This document shows, in pieces, positions 62,801 through 64,000 of a stretch of DNA of 64,000 bases. This DNA comes from Sphaerodactylus townsendi (taxonomy: Eukaryota), in the NCBI RefSeq assembly GCF_021028975.2, contig NC_059437.1, positions 39,990,001 through 40,054,000 on the forward strand, in the 5' to 3' direction. Within the stretch, counting starts at the first letter, position 1; every line of letters starts with the position of its first letter. The notes under the pieces are model-generated. The model was given only the letters and a program-made list of their open reading frames with translations, was not told the origin of the DNA and did not search any database. The position numbers and the translations under genes are program-made.

Positions 62801-64000
62801 TAGAGGCAGGTGAACGTACATCCCAACCCTGCTGCAAATCAGATCAGTATGGCACGGTAAAAAAGAATCAAGACTCAAAATAAAATAATCTGGCTGTGGA
62901 GTTCAGAGTTTTGAGGCTCCCAGCTGCTAGCAGACGTGCCTCAAATAAGTTTTATCAGCACAGAAACTGTCTAGACCTCCTGGGTCTCTGCTTCAAGGAA
63001 TGAAAGCGGGGTGGGTGGGTGTCAGTAAGGAGTGGAAGAGATGTGTTCATTCTGGAGCAGTTCTGTAAGACCCTTCAACCCCCTTGCCAATTTTGCAGGC
63101 CAGATGTTGGGGGAACCAGTCCTTTTGTCTTCTGCAATAGTGGTTGCTGACAGGATTGAAGAGAACCTTCTACAGCCTTCTGAAACTAAACTGATGCATC
63201 AGTTACTTTTACATGGAGCCGAGCACAGTAGTGGCTGTGTGATTTTTCTGACCATTACAACAGACACACAGTTATAAGGGAGCGGGGTTTGAAAAAAAGA
63301 AACCCAAATCTGCACTTGTCTGATGCTGGACGCTTTTCTCTTTCCTTGCTGGTTTCACTTAAGCCATGGAAGTCAGGGAGGAAAGAGAGTCCATATAATG
63401 GGTTGTGGGGGCGCAGCGCGGCGGGAATGTGTGCGGGCGTGGTAGGATCGCTGGGCGCACGTGTGCCCCAGGCATAGTTCCCCCTTCTCTGGCCCTGGGT
63501 ATAAGTAATTTATTTTTGTCTCGTCCCTTGAGAAACCTATGCATGCTTTCTAAGGGGCATCCTCAACAACTCAGCATGGGAAAAGTGTACGCATTTGACA
63601 CACGCTGGCAAGGAGAAAGTGATAGTTTTATAACTGCAAGGCGTATAAATCCAACTAATATAGGGTTGGTAAAATTCAGTGTACATTGTACCAGTGTAAA
63701 CTGTTTTTTTAAACTTTACGTAAAATTCTGCAGCATTTGTACAATTTAAAAAGTTTCCTACATCCACTGGCTTTGGGGTATAAAATGTTATATTCCAGAG
63801 CCTAGAAAAGTTATAAAGCACTATTATTTCAGAATAAAGGTGGTGTGTTCTTGGTTTCTTCTAGGTGCCTGTGATCGGGCAGGAGACGAAAAAGTATTTA
63901 ATTGAGCACTTTCACTAGGATACATGAATGAAATTTCCTGGGTGAAGAGTCTGATTCTGGTGCTTTCAGAAGACTGTGTTTTTCTTTTCTCCAGCTGAAA

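Noticed and set aside
63975-64000. Possible acceptor of the next TPCN1 exon (TTTTCTCCAG at 63994)
   Set aside because: Only 6 nt of downstream sequence are available, so it cannot be verified

Overview
Vertebrate genomic DNA. The repeat landscape (Squam3-like CORE SINEs, CR1, palindromic MITEs) points to a squamate reptile, probably a gecko (inference). The window carries the gene block found at human 12q24.13: CFAP73 (+, 7 coding exons, 10583-19656), DDX54 (-, 20 coding exons, 43490-22518), RITA1 (+, 2 coding exons, 45881-48567), IQCD/DRC10 (-, 4 coding exons, 54480-50384) and the first coding exon of TPCN1 (+, 58853-58949). DDX54/RITA1 and IQCD/TPCN1 are head-to-head; CFAP73/DDX54 and RITA1/IQCD are tail-to-tail. 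Exon boundaries were set by GT-AG sites, phase continuity and recalled similarity to the human proteins. Notable points: (1) a U12 minor-spliceosome intron in DDX54; (2) RFX X-boxes in front of both motile-cilia genes; (3) local indel/stop clusters that break DDX54 exon 4 (Walker A) and the first IQCD coding exon, most likely assembly error; (4) an altered RBPJ-binding motif in RITA1 with a second candidate motif upstream; (5) a Helitron with both termini and RepHel remnants; (6) about ten palindromic hAT MITEs carrying ZNF143/THAP11-like ACTACAnnTCCCA motifs; (7) PIF/Harbinger-like MITEs, 5S-derived SINEs and a 279-N gap. I found no prokaryotic-type system and no clearly new gene system. Repeat boundaries are approximate unless target-site duplications (TSDs) are quoted.
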